Shown here: positions 1-11,287 of the stretch, one piece after another
Layout of the letters: each line of letters opens with the position of its first letter
How positions within the stretch are numbered: position 1 is the stretch's first letter
Assembly (NCBI GenBank): GCA_001179505.1
Contig: CDMY01000261.1
Location: 62,001-126,000, forward strand
Source: Vitrella brassicaformis CCMP3155
Lineage: Eukaryota > Protista > Chromerida
Direction: 5' to 3'
DNA length: 64,000 nucleotides
Program-made: the position numbers and the translations under genes
Notes under the pieces: generated by a model
The model's database searches: none
What the model was told of the DNA's origin: nothing
What the model saw: only the letters and a program-made list of their open reading frames with translations

Positions 1-140
1 TCTTCAGAAAAGACAGGACGTCTTGTTGGCCTCGCTGTTCATGGCGTCATCATCTCAGCCTTCACACGCGATGCTCAAGACCGCCGAAAGGCCTCGGTAG
101 GGTGGTTTTTGACGCCTGGGCGATGTGCGATCGGCAAACA

Positions 141-158
141 AGCTCGCAATTGCAAGCT
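141..158. promoter_or_regulatory. TGCGAGCT motif (minus strand, 141-148) paired with a one-mismatch inverted copy TGCAAGCT (151-158), upstream of the TPS gene
   Basis: Sequence agctcgca-at-tgcaagct, about 510 nt upstream of ATG 658. The same 8-mer recurs upstream of other genes in the window. Confidence 0.5.
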
Positions 159-657
159 CACAAGTGTCACGAAGGCGTGCAGCACGGGACGGTGTGTGGC
201 GAGAGCGTTTGCTGCAGGCAGCGAAAAGGAGGCGTATCTTGGCGTCACATGTGAATCAAGCGTGAGGCTGCTGCCAGAGTGACAGGGCAAACAGCGGCTG
301 ACCAGTGAAGAGGAGCATACGTGCCGGCGGCTCCTGAGCGAGTTGGGCTGAAGATCTCAGCCAGAGAAGCGCATCAGGTGCGAGCAGACAGGCACAGCCA
401 GCAGTCGATGGTGCACTGACTGTTGTGCGTGGGCGCCAGGGGTCAGCCAGCCGGGGGAACCGTGTCAGTGGAGCAGCCAGGCAGTCAGAGGCCCGCGCCT
501 GTGTCATGCGAGTGAATCGTTTTCTGCGTCTGAGACACACTGCACTTACCTGCTGCGTCTGTCTGTGCGTCTGTCTGTCTGCGTGTGTGTGTGTGTGTGT
601 GTGCAGGGCAGGGAGGGGTGCATTCATTGCCCGTCCCAGATTGTGTGCGGACGGCCG

Positions 658-3600
658 ATGATGAAGCTGTACACTAAGGTGTTCTTTCGGGCGGTCTTCA
701 ACACGGACTTCGGGGAGCGGGTGCGGGTCGTGGGCGACTCACCGCTGCTCGGTATGCTCGATGGATGGATGGATGTGTCTGTGTGTGTGTGTGTCATCCG
801 CTGTCTGTGTGTTTGTTCTGTGTGGCAGGTTCGTGGGATCCCAAGAAGGGCCACGAGCTCAAGACCAGCGAAGAGCTGTAAGCACCGAGCCAGCCAGTCT
901 ATCTATCTGCTTCGTCGAGTCCATCCATCCACCGATGCATGTCATGTGTGTGGTGTGTGGTGTCTGTCAGGTTTCCATCATGGTTTTCGCTGGAGCCGAT
1001 CTTGCTGCCGATAAAGGAGAAGGTGCAGTACAAGTATGTGATTGTCGACGAGACCGGCAAGCTCATCAACTGGGAGGAAATCGAAGACAACCGAGAACTC
1101 GTGCCCACCGGTGAGAGAGGGAGGGAGAAAGGGAGGGAGCAAGGCAGGCAACAGGAAGCGAAGCGAAGCGCGCAACCAGCGGTCTGTTGGCTGGCTGGCT
1201 TGTAGGTGTGGAGATGACTGTGGAGGACGACAATGGGCTGTATCGCGAGCAGACACAGAGCCATCTCGAGAGCTACTCGATGGCACTCGACGCAGAACAG
1301 GTGCACACACAAAGCACACACACACACACACGCACGCACGCACCAGATTCACCACACAAAGCACAGACACGTCAAGAATTTATCCGTGGACTCATTTCAT
1401 TGGTGGCTGCAGCAACTGGTGACGGATTCCAAGCAGCGCGAGGACCAGGTGACGCAGGCGCGTGTGACGTACGTGCACCAGCAGGAGATGGACTCCATGA
1501 TCGACGAGAACGACACCCTGCTCGTCGTCAGCTTCGAGCTGCCCGTCAAGGTCTCCAAGTCAGAGGACGGACAGTTCGTCGTCACCCCGGGAAAGGTCAG
1601 TCAGGGTCTGCCTATACGTCTGTGTGTGGATGGATGGGGTGGCTGGCTGCGTGTGGTGTGGTGTGGTGTGGTGTGGTGTGTGCAGACGGCTTTGTTGCCG
1701 ACGTTGTATCAGCAGCGGAAGAAGACCAAGATCCCCGTCAAGACCATCGGGTGGCCGGGCATACACGTGGAGGACCCGAGAGATCAGGAGGAGGTCAGCA
1801 GTGAGTGCATCCATGGGTGTGGGGTGTGTGTTGGTGTCCATCCATATATTGCATTGTCTCGTGTGTGATGTGAGCAGATAGAGCGCTTGTTGGCAGACTA
1901 CGACTGCCACCCGGTGTTTCCCCCCAAGAAGGAGCTGGACGAGTACCTGGCCTTCTGCCACAGATTCCTCTGGCCCCTATTCCACAACGTCGTCATACTC
2001 GACACGCAGTACAGTCACACACACACGCACACACACACACGCACACACATACACGTAGAGAGAGACTGTGTCTGAATGTGTTCACTGATGCCGTCCGTGT
2101 CTCCGCGCGTGTGTGTGGTGTCATTTCTTTCATTCTCAGTTCCCAGCAGCCGTTCAACAACGAGCAGTGGGGTCACTACCAGGCCATGAACCGCCTGTGG
2201 GCCGAGGCGGTCGTCAGGGTGGCGCACGAGACGGACCTCATTTGGGTGCACGACTACCACTTACTTGTCGCACCTCTGGTCAGTCAGTCAGCTGGGCTGC
2301 CTGGGCAACAAACACACCACGTCTACAAGTGATGGCATCAATCACGGTGTACCCTCTGTGCTGTGTGTGTGTAGTTTATCACCCGTCGTATTCGCAAAGC
2401 GAACGTGGGTCTCTTTCTGCACATCCCTTTCCCCTCGTCAGAGATATTCAGATGCCTCCCCGTCAGAGAAGAGGTCAGTCGACACAACACAACCCAAAAC
2501 AACCCACACACACGTGACCGGACCGAGCTGAGCTCTGTAAACACGAATCCAATGTGTGTGTGTCATGGCCATGACTGACAGATCCTGCGTGGGATGTTGT
2601 GTGCGGATCTGATTGGATTTCACTTCTTTGAGTACGCCCGCCACTTCCTCGTCGCCTGCAAACGGCTACTCGGCATCGAACACCACTGCAGGTTGGCACA
2701 TAGACACCCCACCACGTGACGCACCCACCGCACACACCCCACACCAACCACTGTGCACTCACTCACTCCGTCGTCCAATCAGGATGGGTGGGTTTCTGGG
2801 TCTTGAGTACGGCGGGCGCAGCGTGATGCTGCGCATCGGCCACGTGCACATCCAGTATGACGACCTCCGCACCATGATCGAGAGCTCTGACGAAATCAAA
2901 AGGATGACACAAGACATCAGGTCCGTCTCGCAAAGAAAGGACTGCATTAACACGCACAGTCAAGCTGGCGTCGTGTGGTGCATTTCTGTGTGTGTGTGTG
3001 TGTGTGTGTGAATGACGTTGACAGGTCCAAGTATGAGGGTCGTTACATCTTTGCGTCAGTGGATCGCTGCGAGAGGCTGGCGGGGCTGATCCTCAAGATG
3101 CGCGCCTTCCAGAACTTCCTCAACACCTACCCTTATGCACAGGGCAAGGTCGTCCTCATCCAGGTGATGAGCTCACTGAGCCAGCCACGATAGACATCAC
3201 AGATGGACGGATGGATGGACGGCTGGGGGCGTGCAACCAACCATGAATGTGATGTGATGTGCAGTATGCCTATCCGACCATCTCTTACTGGGACGACACC
3301 TCGCGAATGCGGAGGGAGCTGACCAACATCGTCGACAAGATCAACACCGACTTCCAGGACCTTGACGAAGGACGGGGGGCGTCAGGTGAGTGGAGTGAGT
3401 GAGGTCAATCAACACACGCCAGCCACACCTGCCCACACACACCCCCACGCACAGCACAGCACAGGTGGATGAGATGAATGGCTGGCCTGCTATGCTCTCT
3501 CTTTGCCTGTCCTGTCAGGTCACACGTCTGAGTTCCACCACGTGGTGTTCCAGGTCAAGGAGGTGACGCGGGAGGAGAAATACGCACTCTTCCAGGCAGC

Positions 3601-6600
3601 TGACTGCCTGCTCGACACATCCATCAGGGACGGACTCAACCTGGTCAGCCAACCACACCACCACCACCACCACACACACATCATTGCGTCGATTCCCCTC
3701 CCCTCTCTCTCTCTGTGCTGTGTGTGTGTGTGCAGAACCCCTTCGAGTACATCTGTTGCCGCAAGGACGAGCCCGGTGCCATCATCCTGAGTGAGTTCAC
3801 CGGCTGCAGTCGGGCGCTGGCGTCTGCGTTGCGGGTCAACCCCTGGAAGATCGAGAACGTCAGCGAGGCCATGGACCGCGCCATGAACTCCACCTTCGAG
3901 GAGTCGCGCGACAGGTTCCTGCGGGACCAAAACTACCTGCAGCACGGCTCCACACTCAGGGTACGATGGATGCACACACACGGACGGACGTGAGCAGGGA
4001 AGGGTCTAGAGAGAGGGAGGGAGGGAGAGAGGTGTTTGTGTTGTTGTGCAGTGGGCAGAGGAGTTCCTGCTCGACTTGCGTCGGAGCCGGAAGCGCGAGG
4101 ACATGCTGTACGTGTCCTGGGGCTTCGGTGCGGGCTACAGGGTGCTCGGCATGGACCAGCACTTCAGGTACAGCCACGCCTTGCCGTGTGTGGTGTGCGG
4201 CACACACACTGCATGACGTCACGTCTGTCCATGTGTGTGTGTGTGTGTGAGTGAGTGCCTGCAGGCATCTGGAGGTGACCGAGGTGATCCAGGCGTTCCG
4301 GAAGGCCAAAAACCGCATCTTCTTCTTCGACCACGAGGGCACTCTCGCGCCGGACAGACGGCGGATCACAGCCATTCCGGGCGAGGTGAGTGACCAGGCA
4401 GAAATGCCCCTCCCAAATACACATCGACTCTCACTCGAACACGCGTGTCTGTCTGATTCTTTCTGCTTTAAATCAGAATCTGTTTTCTCAAGGCAGCGGT
4501 CCGTCCAAGGCGGTGCAGGCGTGTCTGCAGACTCTCTGCAAGGACCCCCGCAACACTGTGGTCATCCTCAGTGGACGAGACAAGGAGTCAATCGAGGCTT
4601 GGTTCGGAGGTAGGCCTGCCTGCCTGCCTTGAGTGCATTCATGGAATGGGGGCAGGCAGTTGCTCTCATCGGTTGGTCGTCTGTGTATGTGTGTGTGTGT
4701 GTGTCTGTGGCTAGGCATTGAGAACATTGGGTTGGCTGCGGAGCATGGCTTTTACTACAAGGTGCCCACCATCACCGGCAACCAATGGTATATACGCACC
4801 CACAGAGACACTGCCTGCCTGCCTGGTGTCTGTCTGCACGCGTCATGCGTGTATGTGTGTGTGTGTGTGTGTGTGCAGGTACTGCATGTCTCAGAACGTC
4901 GACTACACGTGGAAGCAGATCGCTGTCGAGCTCATGATGCAGTACGTCAAGCGCACACAAGGATCCTTCATCGAGAACAAGGTAGGTGCAGTGCACCTAC
5001 TGGCCCATCAGTCAGTCTATCCGATGCATTGCACCCATGTGTCTCTCTCTCTTTCTGTCTCTCTGTGTTTGTGTGTTCAGGGCAGCGCACTGGTGTTCCA
5101 GTATCGTGACTCCGACCCCGATTTCGGCCAATGGCAGGCCAAGGAGCTCTCCAACTACCTCAGGCAGGGCCGCGGCCACGCACACACAGACATGCAGAGC
5201 TCACACACTCTCATTGGTTGTGGCGCACTGTTTGTGTCTTTTGTGGTGCTGTCCACTCACCTCATCAGTGAGCTGTTGTTCGGCTACCCCGTGTCAGTGA
5301 TGACGGGCAAGGGCTATGTCGAGGTCAAACTCAGAGGCGTCAACAAGGTCAGTCAGACAAAGCCCGCCTGCCTGCCTGACACAGATCCGCGCTCCAGTGG
5401 CTCCAGTGGCGACAACACTCTTTTGTGTGGTATTTATTGCGTGTGGACCAATCCGTTCGGTTCAGGGTGTGGCGGTGCAGAAGGTGCTGTCGAAGCTGAC
5501 CAAGATCAACGGCGAGGTCGACTTCATCCTCTGCATCGGAGACGACAGGTAGATAGACAACAAACACACAGCACAGCGCCCCTCCGTTCAAGGAACGGCG
5601 CCCCCCACATCTCTGCCTGTCTCCCTCTCTGTGGGCGCGTCTCCTCGCCTTCCTTCCTAGGTCTGACGAGGACATGTTCTCGGTGGTCAACAACCTGACC
5701 AGCCAGGACGAGGGCTCGGAGGACTTCCACATCGGCAGAACCACCTCACAAGACCCACACGTGCCACAGCGAAGAAGATCACAGGTACACACACACACGC
5801 ACACGCACACGCACACACACATGCCCCTCATCCCATTCCCCCACACCCACATAAAGCACCCTGCTCTCTCTGTTGCCTGGCTGGCCTGACTGCAGGACCA
5901 CTTTCGGCTCAAGGGCGGTCAGCGCACGCCGAGCGACGGGTTGAGCACCAAGCTGGGGTCGCCCAGCCCGGCAGTAGGTGTGCAGTCCAACTCCCCCTCC
6001 CTGCCGCACAGCAAGCCCCCTCCCTCGCCAATGCTCCCGCTGCCCGCATCTGCACAAGACGGAATAAGGGCAGACACCTCCGCTACCACACTCACGCCGG
6101 GAAAGGTGGGTGCCCTACGAGGGAGGGACGGATGGAGGCGCTGGTGGGTTTGCTTTGGTTGATGCGATGCATCCGTGAGGGTGTGGTGTTGTGTGTGCGG
6201 TGTGGTGTTTGGTAGGCTGCGGCTCAGACGACGTATTTCACGTGTACAGTGGGCAAGAAGCCATCGCACGCTCGGTCAGTGAGAAGAAAGATAGATGGAT
6301 GCTTCTTTGGCTACGCTCTCCGTCCAGTCACTCCATGCGTGGGCGTCCATGTCTGTCTGTCTGTCTGTCTGCAGGTGTTATTTGAATGACACCGACGAGG
6401 TGTCCGAGCTCCTCGAAGCCCTCCAGCTCTTCACCACAAAGGTACCGTACCACCGCTCTCACCAAGACAGGCACACACCACACCCGGAAGAGAGCACTTC
6501 CTTCCCCCGTGTGTCTGTGTGTATGTCAACGTGCAGCACAACGTGGTAGGCTCCTCATCGACAGTGCCGTACCACATCTCCTACATGCAGGGCCACTCGC

Positions 6601-6671
6601 CCCGGCCCCTCGCCGCCGATGTCTTCTTCGGCGTCGAGGACGAGTCAGTCGAGAGGAAAGACAGCCTCTGA
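658..6671 (+). CDS. TPS: CBM20 + trehalose-6-phosphate synthase/phosphatase (TPS/TPP)-like protein, about 28 exons, probably non-catalytic
   Basis: Spliced exons give CBM20-like MMKLYTKVFFRAVFNTDFGERVRVVGDSPLLG..KVQYKYVIVD, GT20 motifs FLWPLFH, IWVHDYHL, FLHIPFPSSE, ADLIGFH, SIRDGLNL, LSEFTGC, VNPW, and HAD-like FFFDHEGTL, VILSGRD, LAAEHG, GKGYVEVK..GVNKG, CIGDDRSDEDMF, FTCTVGKKPS. The last exon (acceptor 6536) ends ..VERKDSL* at 6671. Confidence 0.93.
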
Positions 6672-8168
6672 TCGATCTGCAGATCTGATGTGTAGAGGGA
6701 AGCTCTGGCGGGGGTATAAGTGAGTGTAGAGGGCGGGGGAGGGGACAGGAGGGGATACCCGACAGACACTGGCTAATGCTTGTTGGGCTGGCAGGGTGAG
6801 GTGACAGGAAGGCAGGCAGGGAGGCAGGCAGGTCGCGCCGCGCCTCAGTGAGAGAGAGCCCTTTTATCGTCGGCGTGACACCATGAGACACACACCGCAC
6901 AGCACAGCACACCACCCCTGACTGGTTTTTTGCGCGCGTCAACGGTGTCTGCACCTGCACCTACCCCCTCTCTCTCTCTCTGTCTCTGTCTGTCTGTCTG
7001 TCTATCTGCCGCAATTTTCTCGTTTGATCGAATCACATCTCGATGGATCGATGGCGGCCCCCACCCTTCCTCTGCCTGTCTCTCTGTCTGTCTCTCTCTG
7101 CCTGCGTGGCGCTCTCCCCTCTCTCTCTCTCTGTCTGTCTAAGTATGTTTCTGCTCGTCACGACCGACCATGCCATGCACACGTGGCTATTTGTAGCTCA
7201 GCAGCACGGCAGCAGGCAGGGCTGATGAATGAGGGAACGAACGAGTGAGGGCAGACAGATTTTTCGTGTCAGTGGTCTGCGTGGCGCGGCGTGGCTTCTC
7301 GCATTGCGCATTGCGTATTGCATGGTCGGCACACCGATTCCATGTTTCATTCGCTCTCGTACTCTTATATAGGCGCATCCATCCATGTGTGTGCACGGCC
7401 TGGTGTAGCGTGCCATGGGTTCAGCGGGCAGCAGCCAGTCCATCCATCCAGTTTCTCCCTCGCCCTGTGCCGTTCTTCTTTCCGATGACCCGACCTCCCC
7501 TCCCCTCCCCTCCCCTCCTCTCCCCTCTCGCTGACACGGGTCAAATGCACTATTTTTGTTCGATCGCCCTGCCTGTCTGCCTGGGGGGGGGTTGGGGGTT
7601 AAGAGGTGAGGGGCCATATGGTACACCCCCCCACCCCCATGCCATGTCTGTCATCCTTCCATTGACTTCTATCTGCCTATTTGTCCGCCCTCCTCCTGGC
7701 TGCCTGCCTGTCCGTCCGGGTGTGTGTGTGTGCTGTTCGTGCGCCATGGTGTGTGTTGTGTGTGTGAGGGAGTGAGGTGTCAGAGGGGTGTGGTGTGGGC
7801 TAGTCTGTCTGGTGGATGGACGTCACTTGGTTGTGTGTTGTGAGACTTAAGGCATACATGAATGAGATGGTGTGTGGGTGCGGTGGGTGCGTGCCTTCGT
7901 GACTCACTCCCTCACTCTGTCTGTGTGTGTGTGTGTGGACACTTGTATCTACCCACCGTCAAGGCGTTGTAAAGCAGCTTTGTCTGTCATTCGCCCTCGC
8001 CATCCATCGAGTCATCGAGTCAGTCACTGCACACACAGGTCCATCGGAGCCGCGAGCAGTCTGCCTCACCTGTCCGTCCACTGTACACTCCCACACGACC
8101 CGAAGCCCACACAAGCAAACGCTCTCTACACACCCCCCGAAGACTCATTCCCCCGTCGCTCATCTATT

Positions 8169-9296
8169 CTAGGCCACTGTCGTGACCCCCTGCGTCAGAC
8201 AGGCCACATACTCCCGCCACATGAGCGTCCGCTCAGGAAACCGCAGCAGCCGCCGCAAGTAGTCGCTGATGAACTCAGGAGACGTCTGGTCCCGCCCCTC
8301 TGCCAACAGGTCATACGTCACCACGGCAGCCCCCCGGTCGATCTCTCTGTCCTCCGTCACATAGGGGTTGACGCGCGTCAGCATGCGGACCACGCTCTCG
8401 GGCGACGCCCATATGGGGCGGTCTGCCGTGCGCATCTGCAGCTGCCGCAGGCCGTCCATGTCGGAGGAGGCTTCTAAAGCCTGACGGTAGAGTTCCCCGA
8501 CCAGCCTGGGGCGATCTTCGAGAGCCTCGTATGGGTAGCAGAAGGGGAGGTACGGCAGCAGCTCCACAAACTCGTCACGCGAGATGAACTCTGTCGGGGT
8601 GGCTCTCAGCTTGCGGCCCGCCTTGCCCTTCCTGAAGCTGCCGGGCGGCCGCGGCAGCTTCTTCTCCGCCCGACCCTCCTCATTCAGAAACCGGTTGAAG
8701 GGATTCCGCTCCTTTGAGTCCAGCCCGTGTGTCGCCACCCACGTCAGCAGCGCCTCCCTATCGAGCCCCTCGCCCTCGCCGGCGTCATCCGCCTCTCTCA
8801 GCATCCTCTTCATGTCGAAGAGCTTGAACCACGGCGCTCGGCAGAACGCGGTGGAGTCGGCGGGCATCTGCCACCCCCGCTCGTTGTCCTTGCGGCGGTT
8901 GTCGATTCGCCTGGCGTGTTTGAAGGTCATCTGCTGCATCTCCTTGGTCTGTGCGATGCCCCACGAGAAGCCGCCTGCCTGCTCGGCCAGGCGGCCGAAG
9001 ACCTTGATCATGTCCATGTACTGAAAACCCGGCTCGACCGCCTGTCGAGGTCTGCTGTCTAGTCGACTTGGGAAGCGGCGAGTGGGTGAGCTGATCCTCC
9101 GAGTCGACGCAGCGATAGCCACGGAGGATGCTTCACCAGGCCGAATGGCTGGCGCCAGCAGCAAGCACCACAGCTGGAGAAGAAAGCGACGAAACGGTAA
9201 TGAAGATTTCCTTCCCGCATGCGGTCTTGAGACCCAGGGAGTCGACAGAGGGTCACCGTGTGGTGCTGGATCTGACGTGCTGGCGTCGGCGGGCAT
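8169..9296 (-). CDS. Intronless hypothetical protein with a recessed signal peptide and transit-like leader; EF-hand-like segments
   Basis: 375-aa ORF with a GC3-rich body from MDMIKV. FRRFLLQLWCLLLAPAIRPGEA is followed by S/R-rich SSVAIAASTRRISSPTRRFPSR. Segments DDAGEGEGLDREAL and TEFISRDEFVELL. Confidence 0.7.
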   Translation of the reverse strand: MPADASTSDPAPHGDPLSTPWVSRPHAGRKSSLPFRRFLLQLWCLLLAPAIRPGEASSVAIAASTRRISSPTRRFPSRLDSRPRQAVEPGFQYMDMIKVFGRLAEQAGGFSWGIAQTKEMQQMTFKHARRIDNRRKDNERGWQMPADSTAFCRAPWFKLFDMKRMLREADDAGEGEGLDREALLTWVATHGLDSKERNPFNRFLNEEGRAEKKLPRPPGSFRKGKAGRKLRATPTEFISRDEFVELLPYLPFCYPYEALEDRPRLVGELYRQALEASSDMDGLRQLQMRTADRPIWASPESVVRMLTRVNPYVTEDREIDRGAAVVTYDLLAEGRDQTSPEFISDYLRRLLRFPERTLMWREYVACLTQGVTTVA

Positions 9297-9428
9297 GGGA
9301 TCTGCTGAACAGTCGTCTGTGGACTCGCAACGGATCTCGATGAATGGAGCCCGTCACGGTCTGCACGCGGACAACGGGCACGCGATGACAGCCTCGCCTT
9401 GAGAGGAGATCAGCGATCCCCTGTTGAC

Positions 9429-9436
9429 TGCGAGCT
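9429..9436 (+). promoter_or_regulatory. TGCGAGCT motif in the divergent gap between the hypothetical gene and eIF3m
   Basis: ctgTGCGAGCTaag-like context (gacTGCGAGCTaag) in the 228-nt gap between ATG 9296(-) and ATG 9525(+). Confidence 0.55.
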
Positions 9437-9524
9437 AAGAAGCAGAGATCTGCAGCCGCCAGGCTTCTCACGCTGTGTCCACGGCTGCGTCGGTGTAGGC
9501 TGTTGATTGCATTCATTGAGCATC

Positions 9525-10927
9525 ATGACGACGTTTTTGCCGCTCAACGAGGACACGGACGGTCAGAAGGCCGCGGTGGGCATAGCCGACTGGCTGCTGG
9601 ACAACTGCATCAAGCCGCGGCTGCCGACCGAGGAGGCCAACACCTTCTGGACCGAGTTCTCCGAGACCTTCAAGCAGCAGGACTTCATCCAGATCTTCCA
9701 CCTGCTGCTCAAGTACGAGCCGCAGGTGTTCCAGACCATCACCCTCGCCGAAACCCCCGAGGCCAAGCTCAAGGCCCTCAAGGAATGCGAGGGGTTCTTC
9801 ACCGTGCTCATGTCGATCCTGCTGCGGTTCGAGGATGAGGACGAGATCATGCGGTCCGCAGAGACCCTCGGCAAGGCCCTCTCCCGCGACACCGACACCC
9901 CCGACCTCCGGCTGCGTCTGCTGATGGCCCTATACAACATGTTCCAGCCGGCCTTTCCAGTGCGGTACCCCGTGTTTGTGTCGATAGTGCAGTACGCGGC
10001 CAAGGTGGAGCGGTTCGAGGTGCTGGTGCCGTACCTCAGCTGCCTGGAGGCCTGGATGGCCGACTGGAACCTCAAGCCCAAGCAGAGGAGGGCGCTGCAC
10101 CAGGCCATCGGCAAGAACCTCAAGAAGGCAAACAGGGGCAATGTGGCCTTCAAACACATCAAGGAATTCCTCAAAGGTAGGTTTGTGAGGCAAGGGGCAG
10201 GTGCACATCCATTCCATGCATCCCTGCGTGTTTGGATGTGTTGTGTTGCATCGTGTGTGTTGCAGGTTACCAGGGTGAGAGTGAGTCCGAGTTGGACAAG
10301 GAGGAGGTGATCAGCGCGGCGATGGAGCTGTGCGAGGATGCCATCCGGCTGCCCTCCCTCATGTACTACGACTCCATCCTCTCACTGGATGCCGTCCGAC
10401 ACCTCCAGCACACCCCCTACAAGAAACTCGTCGAGCTCGTCGAGATCCTCACCGAGGGCGGCCTGCCGGAGCTCAAGGCCTTCTACGAAGCAAACGGCAA
10501 GCTCTTCCAGGAGCACGACATCAGCTTTGACGCGTGCGCCCGCAAGATCCGTCTGCTCTCCCTGACCTCCCTGGCGCTCGGCAAGAGTGAGCTCTCGCTG
10601 GACCTGATCGGCGAGACCCTCGACGTCCCTGCTGGTGAGGTGGAGAGCTGGGTGGTGACGGCCATCGGGCAGGGGCTGCTGGACGCGCGCATCGACCAGA
10701 TGAGGCGGGTGGTGCTGATCAAGTCGGCCATGCAGCGGCAGTTCGGGCGGCCGCAGTGGGAGACGCTCAAGCAGCGCCTCGTGGCCTGGCAGAAGAACGT
10801 CGAGCAGCTCATGAGCGTGTGGGAGAGCACGAGACAGAAGAGGGGCGAGGCCATCGGCGAGATGACCAGCGGCATGCTCGCCAACGGCCACGGCGGGCGG
10901 GACAGCAGCAGTGATTTCAGACGATGA
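9525..10927 (+). CDS. eIF3m: Eukaryotic translation initiation factor 3 subunit M (PCI domain), 2 exons
   Basis: Intron 10177-10265 (GT..CAG). C-terminal PCI region KIRLLSLTSLA..VESWVVTAIGQGLLDARIDQ..QRQFGRPQWETLKQRLVAW matches the eIF3m/CSN7-type pattern; N-terminal LRLRLLMALYN is also typical. Confidence 0.88.
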
Positions 10928-11287
10928 TGCGATGGACAGGGGGTGGGGGTGTTCGGTTGTGCAATGCGATACGATGCGAGGTTGGTGTTTTGACGAGGGA
11001 GAAGCTGACTGACTGACTCACCCACCGGCAGGCTGCTGATTTGATCTATCGTCTTTTAAGCAAGCTGTCTGCCTGCCTATTACGTGTGTGTGCGCGTGGT
11101 GCATGAGACTTCCCTGTGCTGTGGATGTGATGTGGGCATCTGTCGTCCACTGAACTGAAGCAATCAATGCTGAGGATTCACGAGTGAGGTTCCTGCACTT
11201 AGCCTGCCTGCCCATCGACTCGACAAACACACACACGCAGGCAGGCCGAAAGACAGCCACTGTCCTTCCTATCTATTTCCTATCGTT

